The notes below the pieces were generated by a model that was given only the letters and a program-made list of their open reading frames with translations, ran no database searches and was not told the DNA's origin. A stretch of 64,000 bases of DNA from Eledone cirrhosa (Eukaryota). Of this stretch, positions 29,380 through 43,674 are shown piece after piece (within the stretch, counting starts at the first letter, position 1; the number at the start of each line of letters is the position of its first letter). The stretch lies in NCBI GenBank assembly GCA_964016885.1, contig OZ024740.1, forward strand, positions 382,478,001 through 382,542,000, in the 5' to 3' direction. The position numbers were made by a program, and so were the translations under genes.

Positions 29380-29544
29380 GGAAAATAGTCAGGACCCCAA
29401 CGGACCCCGGATCTAGCTGTCGAAACGGCCGGAGTTCAGCCGTTGGGATCCTGACTCTTTTCCTATTACCCACTTTACTACCCTAAGTATCGAGTACTCT
29501 GGCGGTTATGGTCAACCAGGTTCCTTACCACATTTTCCTTGTTA
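29380..29544 (+). mobile_element. Family A PLE-type element (short inversion, half HHR, tail)
   Basis: Homologous to 14100-14235: GAAACGGCCGGAGTTCAGCCGTT...ccctaagtatcGAGTACTct. Short inverted left end; TA/CA flanks. Confidence 0.75.
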
Positions 29545-29571
29545 TACACACACACACACACGCACACACAC

Positions 29572-29625
<54 letters not shown>

Positions 29626-29628
<3 letters not shown>

Positions 29629-29807
29629 AAATGGTTCAGGGCACCGACGGCAGAGCTCAAGCCGTTTCGACGGCTATATCTGGACTGTATATATGGTCCA
29701 CCTGGTTTCTTACCTCACTACATTCGTTATATATATATATGTTGTTATACTTGAGTACTCTGGTGCGTTATGGTCCATCTGGTTCCTTACCACACCTTCT
29801 TCGTTAA
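29626..29807. mobile_element. Family A fragments (inverted half-HHR arm and tail pieces)
   Basis: gacggcagagctcaagccgtttcgacggcta matches 13988-14018; ttGAGTACTctggtgcgttatggtcca matches 14180-14206. Confidence 0.7.
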
Positions 29808-30611
29808 ATATATATATACATACATGCAGAAACACACACATATTTATCCCCGTAGGAGAGTTTTATTTCTAAACAAGATCGTGCATGAAATGGGATTCAT
29901 CAAAGGAATATTTCATTTAACGCATTACATGCCCAACCCACACCCACCTCACTCCCCGCTGTCCTTCATTCTTGCTATTTTCTTGTTTGATCTCTCGACA
30001 CTATATTTACTGGTATATCTAGAGCTTCCAGTCGTCGACATTGCTATAGGTCAACACTTGGTTATATAATGTACACCAAATTATTTATATACCAACAGAC
30101 ACAATTAATAGCATTCAAATAGTTGCACGTATGCACCCACATCTAGATGTAATGTAACGTCTGCTTCAGTCGCATCCACATATAGGCATATAATGTGAAT
30201 ATGATAATATCGATGTATGCATATACGAATATAGATATGTATATATATAAAATAAGATGCTGAAGTTACATATATCGATTAATCATAATAATTATTTCTA
30301 CGGTTCCCATGCCATAGAGATGTCCTTCATGCATTTGGTGTTGATTATGAGAACGGTTTCCTCAGATGAAGATGAATATATTTGAAATGTCGCTGGCAGG
30401 AAAACACACGTCCTAATGCCTCTGCGCCCAGCATACATATGAGTTCCTTGAAGGGTTTGCCAGCCGTCGCGTTTGTTAGAAAACGCTATCAACGAAAAAA
30501 GACGAAAAGAACGAAGAACCGTGTGCAACCAAAACCCAGTAGACAGTTGAAGCAACACAAGGAACTCTGAGGTGGTGGGGTATATATTTAGTTGACGACC
30601 ACCTTTAGACA

Positions 30612-31140
30612 AACAACAAAAATAATAACAACAACAACAACAACAACAGCAACAACAGTGACAATAACATTAAACCGCCGACCAAAGTTGTCCACACTGG
30701 TCGCAAATTCGTGCTGATACAATCACCCTATTGACAACAATAACTAAAACAACAACTACAGTAAAAACACTTACAACGACAACAGCAACAAACGACAACA
30801 GCAACAAACGACAACAACAAAAACACAGACCAGCGTCGTGTATACAGGTCGTAGCCGTCGCAGTGACGGTACCACTCTGTTGACCGTAAGAGCGATAACG
30901 CCAAAGCAATAAAAAGGAGTTTAGAGGTAGGTGGGTACACAGAGTTGGTGGTATCAATCACCATGACCATAAACAGTAACAACAACAATGACAGCAGCGA
31001 CAACAAACGCTAACACTGCCCATCACCCACCTCGTTCGTCACAGTAGTGGTGGTATCATCTATGTCAGTATTAAGCCATTGGTAACACCAATAACAACAA
31101 CAACACCAGCGATGACCCCACCACGACGACGGCGGCAACA
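30612..31140. repeat. (CAA)/(CAG)-rich low-complexity region
   Basis: Seen directly. Confidence 0.7.
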
Positions 31141-31415
31141 GGAAAAAAGCCACACTTCCATGAAAATTAAACTAACCACAGCAGTAGTCCGTTGAAGCAT
31201 TACTTATTATGATTAAACGATATATGTAACCTCAGCAACTTATTTTATTATTTTTATACAATTCTCCATCGTAACTAAAACAACGATTCTTGAGAGCTTT
31301 CTCCTGCTTACTCCTGTTTTTACTAAAACTATCTTTTCCGAACACAATATATATATATACCGTATATATATATACATACACACCCACACGCACACACATG
31401 CGCGCGCACGCACAT

Positions 31416-31506
<91 letters not shown>

Positions 31507-31507
<1 letters not shown>

Positions 31508-31625
31508 CAGATTGGGGGCGGTTAAAACCAGTTAGACCATTACTCACCAGAGTACTCGATACTTGGGGTAGTAAAGTGGGTAGTAGAATTCTGATCTAGC
31601 TGTTGAAACGGCTGGAATATTTTTC
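31507..31625 (-). mobile_element. Family A PLE-type tail fragment in (TA)n
   Basis: Reverse complement of ctacccactttactaccccaagtatcGAGTACTctgg. Confidence 0.7.
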
Positions 31626-31667
<42 letters not shown>

Positions 31668-31670
31668 ATT

Positions 31671-31877
31671 ATAATTATTTCTACTTTAAGCAGAAGGCGA
31701 GCGATTTGAAGGGGAGGGGGAAGTCGAATAAATCAACCCCAATTACTGGTGCTTTATTTTATCGACCCCGTACTGATGAAAAGCAAAGCTAACCGTGGCG
31801 GGGTTTGAACTCAGAATCTAGAGGGTCCTAACTCTATGCTGAAAAGTAGCGTATCCGTTGCTCTACCGATAATGCCA
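31671..31877 (-). mobile_element. SINE family 1
   Basis: Reverse complement of the head (tggcattatcggtagag), B box and core. Confidence 0.8.
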
Positions 31878-32304
31878 AGGGGTGAACCTGCCATCTATGT
31901 GCAAATCTTAGTCGGTCGGCTGTGATGCAGGATTTGCAGGAGATGGCTGTCAATACTAGTATAACAACAACTGCCTGGGAGAGTGGTGGGGGACATGCTA
32001 TTTGCAGAATTCCTTCCTACAACGATGACTTACTAGTTTTGATATTTGATGCTTCAACGCTAGGGGTCGGACAGGGGCCGGCTTGAGGAGAAACAGCATC
32101 AACATATTGTGCCATTTCTTCTGCTATCCCGAAACGAAATTTTTGAGATTTTTTGAGAGGATTTTAATGTTTTTATCGTTTTCAAGAGTTTTTAAACTGA
32201 CGAGCGCAGGCTAAGGGAATTGGTAGAATGAAAACAACCTACCCGTAGTCCTTGGTGCTAAAATTAAATAAAAATCAACTGGAAATAGCCTCCGATCTTT
32301 TAAA

Positions 32305-32640
32305 TAATAATAATGATAATAATTGTTTTACTTTAAGCACAAGGCCAGCAATTTCAAGGGGAGGTGAAAGTCGATTAAATCGACCCTAGTGAATTACTGG
32401 TGCTTTATTTTATCGACCCTATAAGAATGAAAGGCAAATAATAATAATAATAATGATAATAATAATAATAATAATAATAATGATTTCTGATTTAGGCACA
32501 AGGCCAGCAATTACCCAGTGCATTACTGGTACTTTATTTTATCGACCCCGTAAGGATGAAAGGCAAAGTCAACCTCGGCGGGATTTGAACTCAGATCGTA
32601 AAGGGACGTAACTATGCTGGAAAGCATGGCGTCCGACCCT
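32305..32640 (-). mobile_element. Two SINE family 1 copies in tandem, separated by (TAA)n
   Basis: Copies at about 32320-32437 and 32480-32640, each ending in (TTA)n on the minus strand. The second abuts the LINE tail at 32641. Confidence 0.85.
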
Positions 32641-35600
32641 ATAATAATGATTTCATTTATTAGCCACAAGGGCCGACATGTAGGGGACAATACAAAGACA
32701 GGGACAGTGGGGTTTACAATAAGGTCGAGTAAAAGTGCACAATGGCAAGACTAATTTAACAATGAAGATATAAGCTATGCATAATTATAACGAAATAAAT
32801 TCCCTGGGGTGACTCGGGTACCCCATCAATCCTGAACCACACTGCGCTTCTAGGGCACCCAGGGAGAGCACCCTTCTCCTCAAGTTAGCTAGCCTATAGG
32901 CGCATGGTCATTTTCGCCACATTCATCCACCTTTTAGCAAATGTACAGAGGAGCAGCACTTCTCTCTCTCCACCCTCACCTTCCTTTCCAGGAGAAACTT
33001 GAAGAAGTTGCTGCCACCAGACAGAGGAAAATTCCCTGTTCTTCCTAACCTAAGGATCAATCTTCACTATGGACTCGGCCGATAGCCGGATTCGTTCCAC
33101 ATGTGACAGTAGCTGTTCGACATAACTCCACAAGTCAGTAATGCACGGACATTGGACAAGTGTGTGCAGAACAGTTTCGTCGTTCTGTGCGAATCTTGGG
33201 CAGGGCCGTCTGACAGCACTTCCGTGCCTGTAGAGTTTATCCTGAATCGGCAGTGCCCCCCGGTAGCACTGCCAAGTGAGGGATTTCTGGAAATTGTCCA
33301 TCGTCCACGGCTCGAAAGTCCTCCGGTACAGACTGGTCAGTTCGACTTTGTCGAGGCCCAAAGCTTCTCCGAGTGCGTCATCGCACTTGCCCAACACTAA
33401 TCCTCTATAGAACTCGAGAGTGGACGTTCCACTGATCGCATTGCCCACTTGGTAGAGGGCAGTGAGTGCCTGGCAACATTCCAGGTGCCAGTCACCCAGT
33501 CTCGGTCCCTACTTGACCCAGGACTGCAGCTCAGTCAAACAAATGAGCTGCGGAAAGGCCCGACTGATAAACAGTGACCACACCTGTTCACCGTTTAGGC
33601 AGAATATCTGGAGATGTCGCAGCCTCAACGCATATCTGCGCATCATTAGCCACGGCATGCCCAGCCCTCTGCGTAGAGGGTGCTGGCAGCAGATGGACCG
33701 CCTCACCAACGGAACTTGTCCCCTCCAGAAGAATTTGAAGAGGAGCCGTTCCAACTTGACGAGGCGCGGACGGGGGCAAGGCACGACTGTCAGGCGGTAG
33801 TAGATGACGGACGCGATGTACGCATTCGCCACCTCCGCGCGACCTTTCAGTGATAGCTTCCTCCCAGCCCATTTTTGGGTGAGACTGGCTACACTGCCCG
33901 TTACCTCGTCCCGATTCCTTTTCACCTGGAATGCTGGTCCGAATCAAACCCCGAGCAACTTCACCGGTCCGTCCATCCAGCGTCCCATGACGCTGTTGGA
34001 CGGCATGGGCTTGCCTCTCCAGGTTCCGAGCTGCAAGCCCACCGACTTTTCCGAGTTAAGTTTGGCTCCTGTCAACCTTTCATATTCCTTCAATAAGTTG
34101 CCGACCACCTCGATTTCTGAGGTGTTCGACCATCCCGGTGATGACGTCCACATGAGTCGACACCGCATTTCCACGTCCCGGTTCGAGCGGGATGCCCTAC
34201 AACAGCTCCAGCTTCCGCAGTAAAGGTTAGAGAGTCAATACGTACAGAAGGGAAGAGAGAAGGCACCCTGGAACGACCGATCGGGAGAGCCGAAATGGTT
34301 CCAAGAGGTGGCAATTAACCTTGACCACCGAGCGTGTGCTGCTGTGGATTGCAGCGATTCATCTTCTGAAGACAGGGCCGAAGCCAGCTGCTTTGAGGAC
34401 AAACTCCACATACCGATGGTCGACCCTATCGAATGCTTTCGATTGATCTAAATTGATCAGTGCCCCACCGAAGCCAGGTTTACACCCTACCCTCTCTATG
34501 ATGTATCGCATCAGGTGTAGATTGTCGTGTATGGACCTGGCTGGGATTGCGCAAGTTTCCGCCTCCCCAATAAAATCCTCGACGACAAGCGCCAATCTCT
34601 TTGCTAACACCTTGGCCAAATCTTAAACTCTGTGTTGAGCAGAGTTATGGGCCTGAAGTTGTCTAATGTATCCCTCTTGTTCTCGTCTGTCCTTATCAGC
34701 GTCACCAGTCCCCTGCTCACAGAACTGGGAATACTCCCATTATGCTGCCAGTTGCAGTAGAGTGCTTCGAGGAGATCAGAGAACAAGTCTGGCATATTTA
34801 CGTAAAGCTCGTAGGGCAGGCCATCCAAACCGGGTGACTTGCGCCTCATGCAGCCAACAAGGCCGTCCTGAATTTCGGCTGAAGTAATCGGCCTTTCGCA
34901 GCGCTCAGCGTCGACTGACGAGATGCGCGGCAAGCCGTCAAGGTAGGGACTGATATCCGCTACTCTCTCTGACTCGCCACTCTCCACGAACAACCGAGCA
35001 AAGTGCTGGCGAAAGTCCTCACACATCCGCTTGGAATCGCTTATCTCGTGTCCGTCTTGGTCCGCCAAAGACCGAATTGTGGTTTTATTACCACGCTGCG
35101 CCTCCGCCACGCGGGCCCATCGAAGAGCTTTGGTTCCCTCGTTTCACAGCGCAGGCGCCTCAGATCTGACAATGCAACCTTCGTGTTTCGCATTGAAGAA
35201 ATGGTCCAATGCCATTCTCGCCGCGAGCACGTCAGTTGCAATGCCACTACAAATAGCCTCGTCTAACTTATCTACCAGCTCCCCCTCCTTTCTATTTTTC
35301 TCTAACGCTAGTTCTTTGCTAAACTCTATCGAAGTTACTCTAATCTCTCTTTAGAGAGCCTCCCACCATCTGTTGTTGATGATCCCCACTGTCACATTTT
35401 GCTTAACTAAATTGTTGACTTAGTCCCTGTAAGCCTTACGTGCCGGAAATGACATGTTCAGCTCCTAACCTACAAGTTTTATCTAGATCGACCGTACAGA
35501 TCACAAATTTGTGATCTGAATAGGCGACCGTTTTAAAAAGTGGGCAGCCTACACTATTTCTATCTATTTTCCTAATGAAGATCCTGTCTATATACGATCT

Positions 35601-36260
35601 AGATGACCCCATTCGGTTGGTCCATGTCCATACTGGCACATTGGGGAAACCTAGTCGATACCTGTCAGACAGTTGGAACTGGTTGAGTAGGTGCTTGAGG
35701 CTTTTGCACCACCCCCCGCTCCTATCGGCTACTCCCACACAATCCCAGCGTGCGTCTAAGATACCATCCCCCGCTAACAATAGAGAGCGAGACGTACTCA
35801 GAAAGGTCTCCAGGCGCCTAAAGAAGTCTGGTCGTCCGGCCCCTGTAGAGGCGTAAGCGGCCAGCAGTCTAAAGGCACCACCTTCGCTACTGCTCACATC
35901 CAAGACCACCAACTTACCGTCCGGGTCCCGGATGATCGACCTTACCTCGAGATACTGTCCTTTCCTAAACAGCACTGCCATCTCACCTCCCATTCCCGAC
36001 CTGCTAACAGATGCGAAGATCTGATAGTCGTCGGAAATGGGGGCTAGTGCGCGCATGTCGGAAATTCTGGTCTCGCTGACGGCAATCACATCCATTTCCA
36101 GCGACCTGAGGTCGTTGAGTCGGCGACTCTGCTTCCTGGGTGACCCCCAGGCCGCGAACATTTAAACTTCCTACTCTTAATATGACCATGTTGGCAAGCT
36201 AAAAGAGAGAGGGAAGGTTTACTTACCTCCCGAGGTCTTGTGAAGGTCGGGTGATTCAAT
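32641..36260 (-). mobile_element. Tx1/L1-clade LINE lacking ORF1; ORF2 (APE endonuclease + RT + CCHC) pseudogenised
   Basis: ORF2 starts MVILRVGSLNVRGL at 36189. Motifs SETR, SYIDR, SDHK, SPGLDG, NFRPITLLN, LDQSKAFDRVDH. AATAAA plus TTA tail at 32641-32660; TAA repeats at both ends. Confidence 0.93.
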
Positions 36261-36429
36261 AATAATAATTGTTTTTGTTCTTTGAAAGCAACATTAAATA
36301 CTGCTTCTATCTCATATCTTGCCAAATGCCAAGCTAACAACATGAGATGAAATTTGGTCATACAAATGATTCCATAAGGGTATAAACCACAGTAAATATA
36401 TTTCAAATGTATTTGTTATTATTAATAGG

Positions 36430-37395
36430 AGAAGTTGGTGGGACAATATCGTCGAACGCTGGACCGAGGGACCGATTAAATTGATCGGAGACTGGTTTGT
36501 TCCAGACCTCTACATGGACAAAAACCAAGATAAGGTAACGAGCAGGGTAGCCACTCTCACAACGAAATGGGCCAAGAGGAAGCCATATTTAAAGGGTCGG
36601 GCAGAGGTGGTGAACACATACAACGTGTCCGTGATCTATTACCATATGACCATCGTGGCTTGTCCTGGTCCACGTCCGAACACACTGAGGCGATAGCTCT
36701 TTCAGTTTTGTGGAAAGGATGCATATCAATGCATAGGTGTTCCATTTTCTGCCAATAACCGCAGAGTTGAGGACTGGGCATACTGTGGCTGATGATGTGT
36801 AAACATGTTATTCAGGCTACGTCAGCCGCAGCTTTAACTCAACGGTGAACATGTCTACTCGCCGTTTGCTATATGCAGTTTTCCACAGCTCGTCACTTTG
36901 ATAGAGCTGCACACTTGGATCAAACGAAGTCTGAGATAGAACTCTTGGAAACTGAAATATGTTGAAGCGTCAGAGCACTCAGCCAATCAGACAATGCAAT
37001 TGGTGGAAAATACAACTTACTTTCTATAGAGGTGTAGTGACAGGTAAACGGCTGGTGTTCTTAAGAACAGAATAGGGCGTTGATGTTAATCAACTCGTTG
37101 CTATTTTTCCAGAAGAATTTTAGTTTAGGGCCCTTTCATAACTTCCTGAAATCCCTGGTTTTGAATGTTTTCGAGGAGATTTGGCAGTTCGAAATAAACT
37201 ACATACATGTAAGTGCCGCCAGCCGAGCTTGATGCATGCCAATGTTTACTTTCTCTGTAATGAATTAGATTCAACGCAAAAAAATCTACGTTTTCAATGT
37301 TTTCTAAATGTGAGCCTTCTGTGTCTAATAAAGAATGAATCATCACCCTCATCCTCATCCTCATCATCATTATTATTATTATTATTATTATTAAT
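36430..37395 (+). mobile_element. Older decayed 3' fragment of a Tx1-like LINE with a TCA/TTA tail
   Basis: WAKRKPYLKGRAEVVNTY...VIYYHMTIV is homologous to ORF2. AATAAA near 37327, then (TCATCC)n/(TTA)n. Confidence 0.8.
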
Positions 37396-40300
37396 ATTGG
37401 TCTATTTGGACCTGTTTTTTGCTCGCTCCCAGTAAGTCGCTTTATTTACCTGTTATAATTATTTGTTGTTAAATGTTCTTGTTGTGTAAGGGATATAAGC
37501 TCTAGGACTTTGCCCTGTTAAGGGGAAAGTATAATATTTGGGCCTTTTTGCCCAAATATTTCAACAATATTTGAACATATTTCTTTTGAAAAAAAAAAAA
37601 AAAATGGCTGAGCCACGCCCCCCAGCTATATGTCTGCTGTCGTGTGACACCGGCATTACAGTTGAGAGGAGGGTTAGTGAAATTGATACAACAAACACCG
37701 CCCCAAATAACAGGAACAAAGACAACAACACTGAGAACACTAATTTTTAAAAAAACTTACCAACCCAACTGCAACAATAACAGCGTCAACTAAAATACAG
37801 ACAACAGAGAAAATGACAACAAATACAACAATGATATTAACACAACTAACAAGAAATTAAACAACGACAACACCAACAGCATCAATACCAATTGTACCGA
37901 AATCAACAACAACGGTGGGGCCAAAAACACAACAAACTACAACAGTGATAACAGCAACAACACCGTTTGTAGCAGTAGCAACAGCAACAGCACCAACAAC
38001 AATATCATTGGCAGCAGTAGCGGCAGCAATAATGGTGCCGGTGAAAAAGGGGCCACATCTTTCGCAGGTGTGGCCCAAAATATAGAGACAGTGCTACCGG
38101 AAGAGGAGATGGCAGTCGCAAGTGCCATGGTGTCAAGAAACGACAATAGAGTTTTCCATGAAACCTCCACCCGATTTCTTCAAAGACCAGCAGCTGCGCA
38201 CAGTGACTTACCACACCGCAAGCAAGATGTCACATCGAGTAGAGAGAGCCACGATGACTCAAATCCAAAAGGACTTGGAGTGCCTTTGGGCGCGCAAAAC
38301 CCACATCACCCGACGCAAAAAATACTCCACAGTAGACATACTTTTCGCCACACCCCCAAGAGGCCAAGTCTCACTCTTTGGAAACCCTAAAGAGTGAGGA
38401 GATAGTATTGGTGCCCTCCTACTGCGGGCAGACAATTGTGAGGGTCAAAGTGACCCAGGCGCCGCCCGATGTGCCACTACCATGGCTGGCTGCGTCTGTA
38501 CTGGCTGGAATCGAGGAGAAGATCACCATACTGCAAATACAGAGAATGGGAAGAGAGAACCGGTCAGGAATATGCATGCAAATGCTAATACAGACTGACG
38601 AGGTGTGCATTGAGGCCATCCCAGATATCATAGACCTCGAAGAATGACTCCAGCTCCCTATAAGCATGGAGGGAAGGTGCCCAAAGTGTTATCTCTATGA
38701 GCAGAAGGGTCACCTCAGGGTCACCGCAGAAGACAGCCAAGTAGAGGCCCGCCCCCTCCTACCGACGCCGGATCCGCTGCTACCAAGAGCAGGGCAGGCA
38801 AAGGAGGCAGAAGACCCTTTCATGGTGAATAGGAGGGCAACGTCCGTGGCACCCATACCAAGGCTACGGACAACTAAAACAGCGGCAACACCAACAGTCG
38901 CAGTAGCTACACCGGCGGCAACATCGCAGGAGCGGGCTCCACTACCACCACCAACAGCAGTGGAGCTCATACCCCTCCCAGAGACCACGGAATCATATAT
39001 GGAGTATGAGGTGGGAGGGAAGTAGAAAACAGTCTGCCACAAAAAAAAAAAAAGGAAAAACCCCTTAGCTTCACCCTCCAAACGCGCAGGCAAACGACAG
39101 GCGTAAAGGCTGCAAGGAGATTGCAGCAACAGCACCACCATCACGATCACCTCCACAAGCATCACCACCAACAACAACCACACCACCACCAGCATTACCA
39201 AAAACACCAACATCGCAAACACAACAAAACATACACACCCAACAGCAACAACAAGAAAACAACAACAAAATCACACCTCCACACAAAAAGTACACAGCCA
39301 TAAACATGACAAATAAAGAACTCTTACAACATATAAAGCAGCACACAGACATCACAGAAAAAAACTACTACACCCCACCAACACCAAGAACACTCCCGAC
39401 AAACATAAACATCATTGAAATTCAAATAGAACATTAGAAACTTTTAAAACTAAAATTCCCCAACGCAGTTGGAGACTTCAGAGGGTCGGTTACCAAGAGG
39501 ATATAAACCGACATCCTCTTGGAAACACCCATGACAAGCCAAACGGACGGTTCTACTGTCCCTTTACCACACGATTAAGTTAAGTGATCCTTTCTCACTT
39601 ACCCCGTTTCTCATCCAACACGGCCGTACTTAGAATAGGCAGTATAAATGTACGTGGCCTGTGGTCATCTTGTAAGCAGAATCACCTGCTCAACGACCTC
39701 AGGTCACTAAACATAGATGTGGTGGTCTTCAGCGAGACCATAATCTCGGAAGCACGAGCATTCACTCTGATATTCGGCGGATACGATATATACGCATCTC
39801 CCAACCGTCTAAGATCGGGGGGAGGGGTTGCTGTGCTTTTTCGGAGAGGCTTGGATCTCGCGATACGGACCATCTTCCTGGACCCAGAAGGTAAGTCGGT
39901 GGTGTTGGAGGTGACCGGCAGCGAAGGCAATGCTTTTAACAGGGGCAGGACGGCCAGATTTCTTCAGACGTCTAGAGACCTTCCTTTGAACGTCCCGCTC
40001 TTTAGTGTTAGTGGGAGGCTGAAACGGTATCTTGGATGCATGCTGGGATCGTGTGGGGCTAGTGGATAGGGGAGGAGGGTGCAAGAGCCACACCAACCTG
40101 CTCAGACGCTTTGAACTGTCTGACAGTTATCGACTGGATCACCCGAATGTGCCAATGTGGACATGGACAAACCCATCGGGTCATCCAGATCGTATCTAGA
40201 TAGGGTATTCTGCAGGGAACTAGATAAGGCTAGTATAAGTTGTCCACAATTTAAAATAGTCGACTACACAGACCACAAATTTGTGATTCGTGAGATCGAC

Positions 40301-41229
40301 ATATACAGACTTCATAGGCAAGGGCCTGGTTACTGGAAGCTGAACGCGTCTTTCCCGGCGCGCAAGGCCTACAGAGACCGGATTAGCGTATTAGTTAAGC
40401 GGGCGTTGACGGGAGCGGACGTCAACAACAGGTGGTGGTTCGCCCTGAAAAGGGCAATTAAAGTAGAGTCGATTAGGTTTAGCAAAGGAGTAGTGATAGA
40501 GGAAAATAGAGTAGAGGGAGAGCTAGTCAGAAAGCTAGAAGAGGCGTTTAGGACAGGCATCGCAACCGACGTGCTTGCCGCGAGATTGGCACTCGACCAA
40601 TTCTTCAACGCAAAACACGAAGGCTGCGTGTGGGACTGATCCGGTTGTCGACTGAGTCCATTGTGCAGATGGTCTCCCCGTCTTCCTTTGAGGAGGAAGG
40701 GCAAGCGGTTTTTATCTGCCTGGTGGCCATGGCGAAAGAGATTGTGTGGTGGACAAGGTTAAAAGGATAAAAGACAAACACTTTCCTCTTCGGCGAATCC
40801 CTGATTAACTTTTTCAAGTTTCACTTGAAGAGGAAAATCAGGTGGAGAGGCAAGTGCTGCTTTCTAGCAAGTTTGTTGAAAGGTGGGTGAATGTAGCGAG
40901 AATGGTCCGAGTGACCATTCTGAATATACGTCTGTAGTTTGAGAGATGGAAACATTGAGAGAGGGCGCTTGCCATGGTAGTCAGGGTGGCCGTGGTCATT
41001 TGTGTGGTTTTCGCCACGAGTAACCCTCGGAGGTTTCCCCCCTATTGGGGATCTTTTCATTGTTTCAATTTTCATTTTATTGTTTATATATATATGTGTT
41101 TTATGTCTTTTTTCTTTTCTTATATAAATAATAAAAATATTTACACGCACAAAACCCACATCGTACCGTCCTGTTCCGTCTGTGATGTGTTTCTTGATGT
41201 CAACCCTTGTGGCCAATAAAGAAAAGAAA

Positions 41230-41285
<56 letters not shown>
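37396..41285 (+). mobile_element. Tx1/L1-clade LINE with ORF1 and endonuclease but an internal deletion of RT
   Basis: ORF1 remnants are homologous to 41500-43640. EN starts LRIGSINVRGL at about 39630. At about 40630-40640 it jumps from KHEGCV to the extreme ORF2 C-terminus. (TTA)n tail 41232-41285. Confidence 0.88.
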
Positions 41286-41499
41286 GAATGCTATGGTTGA
41301 CGGAGGCTCGGCTCTGTAAGGTATTGTAAATTTTGACCGCTATATCAATTGTAAATTGTTTAAAACTTTAACCAAATTGTAGACAAAAACACCCTCCTCC
41401 TCGTAAGCGGGGTTTTTTTCCCGTTATTTGGCTCTTCGGAGTTAAATAACCGCTTATTGCGGTTTTGCGCCCAATATTTATTTTAAACCTAAAAAAAAC

Positions 41500-41876
41500 A
41501 TGGCTACGAAAAAGAATTTTCACAAGTCACTCCCACTCATTCCGTCTTCTTCTTTCTCAATCGTCACTGCAGCAGAGAGAAGATTGTCTCTCTCCCTCCC
41601 TTCTCTAAATGTGTCTCTCACCCCCCTTCTCTTTCGCAAGCGACAACAGTAAAGAAAAATAGTATCCCAAATCACGTGCAAAGCATGGAACATTTCTCCA
41701 CGACGACGACAACGACTAAAAAGGTGTGCGGGAAATACGAAAACCCATTTCATTCGTCTGACGTCATGAATAATAGCAGTAGCAGCCGTAATAACAGCAG
41801 CAGCAGCAACAGTGACAAGGAAAACAACAGTAGAAGACGGAACAGCATCAGCAGCAGCGTAAACAACAACAGCATT

Positions 41877-41907
<31 letters not shown>

Positions 41908-43639
41908 GCAACAACAACAACAACCACAGCAACATCGGCGGCGGCAGTAGTCGTAGTACCTGCAGCAACAACAAAAGTAACAGCAGCACTGACGACAACA
42001 ACAGCAGCAAAGAAAAACCAATCTCATTTGCAGGTATCGCGAAGAACCTGGAAACAATCCTCATAACAAATGAGGTATTAGGGGAAGCGAAGAAGATGGT
42101 GACGTAAACCGAACACCGAGCAATCTGCAAGGCAGCCGAAACATTTTTCGAAACCCAACAGCACTATACGGTCACGTACGGTACAGTAAGTACAAAATCC
42201 CGTAGGGTGGTAAGAGCCACATAGGCTCAAATACGAAAAGCCTTGGGGTCTGTGTGGCAGCGGAAAACACACATCACCCGAGGCAAGAAATATGCCACCG
42301 TAGACGTACTTTTTGCCACACCCCAGGAGGCAAAGGCTCAATCCGTAGTGACCCTAAGGAGCGAGGAAATGGTGTTGGTGCCCCCCTACTGCGGGCAAAA
42401 AATTGTGAGGGTCAAACTGACCCACGTCCCCCCCCCCCAGGGATGTCCCCTTCTTGGCTGGCCGCGTCTGTCCTCGTCGGAATCGAGGACAAAACAACTG
42501 TACTGCAAGTACAGAAAAAAGTAAGAGAAGATTGGGTCGGCACCTCCATTGAGATGTTAATCCAAACCAACCAGGAGTGCATCGAAGGTATCCCCGATAT
42601 GATAGACTTCGATAACGGCACTCAACTGCCCATAAGTGTTGAAGGCAAACGCCCGAAATGCTTTCGCTGTGGATCGAAGACTCACCTCAGGGCCTCTGCA
42701 ACAAGAAGACCCTGAGAAAGGAGAAAACCCCCCTCCTTCCGAAACCGGCTCCACGGCTACCAGCAACAGGACAAGCGGCAACCAGGAACGATAGGTCCGT
42801 GGCACCCATACCTACGCAACGGAAATCAAAAACAGCAGCAGCAGTGGAAGTATTAACAACAACAACAGCAATACCAAATGCAGCTGCAACAGAGACTCCA
42901 GTGCAAACATATCCAACAACAACAAGTTAAAGAGTGGAGCTGGTACCCCTCCCCGACCTCACAGAATCAGACATGGAGTGTGAGGTGGGATAGGGATGGC
43001 AAAAGGTCGTAAGAAGGCACAAACGCAGAAGCAGCGCATCGTCGCCTTTGAAAAGGGAGGAAAGAAATGAAAAAAGGGTAAAGGCTACTGCAAAGAGACT
43101 CACATCAGCAACACGCGCAACACCATCACCACCCACACTAGCACCACCATCACCACCGGCGACAACTCCACCGCCAACAACACCTTCAACACCACCACCA
43201 CATGCACCAACATCGCAAACAAAACAACAAAACACACACACTTCAGCAACAACGACAAGAAAATAGCAGAACCACACCCTACCCCCAGAAAAACAAATGC
43301 ACGGCAATAAATACACACAACAAGAAACTAATGACTTACATAATTGAACACACAGACATTTCACAACACGACTACATAATACCAGTACCAATCAAAACGC
43401 CAACTAACATAAGACTGCTAAAAATAGCACAGAAAAAATACACAAACATTAAAACGAAATTCCCCAACGCAGTTGGTGATTTCAGAGACCTAGGAGGAAC
43501 TTTCAACCGAAGAGTATATTCGGACATACTCATAGAAGAGCCGACGACCAGACGAAGGGACGATTCAACGGTCCCTTCACCAGACGATCAAGTGAAAAGG
43601 GATGGAAAAACCATTCCTCCTCTACGAAAAGTACGGTAA
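41500..43639 (+). pseudogene. LINE ORF1 (gag-like, CCHC knuckle, N/S- and T/P-rich linkers), disrupted
   Basis: ORF pieces 41676, 42243, 42254, 42658, 43048 and 43202; SFAGIAK motif; CxxCxxxxH knuckle. Confidence 0.75.
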
Positions 43640-43674
43640 GTGGTCTTTCCCATCTTTTCCACTCTATTTTAAAC

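Noticed and set aside
30360-30400. CAGATGA-agatgaatatattt-GAAA, hammerhead-like
   Set aside because: Core mismatch and no convincing stem I or stem III.
41676-42130. Poly-S/N/L/C ORFs as independent genes
   Set aside because: They are the CAG/CAA-rich linker within LINE ORF1 and its antisense reading.
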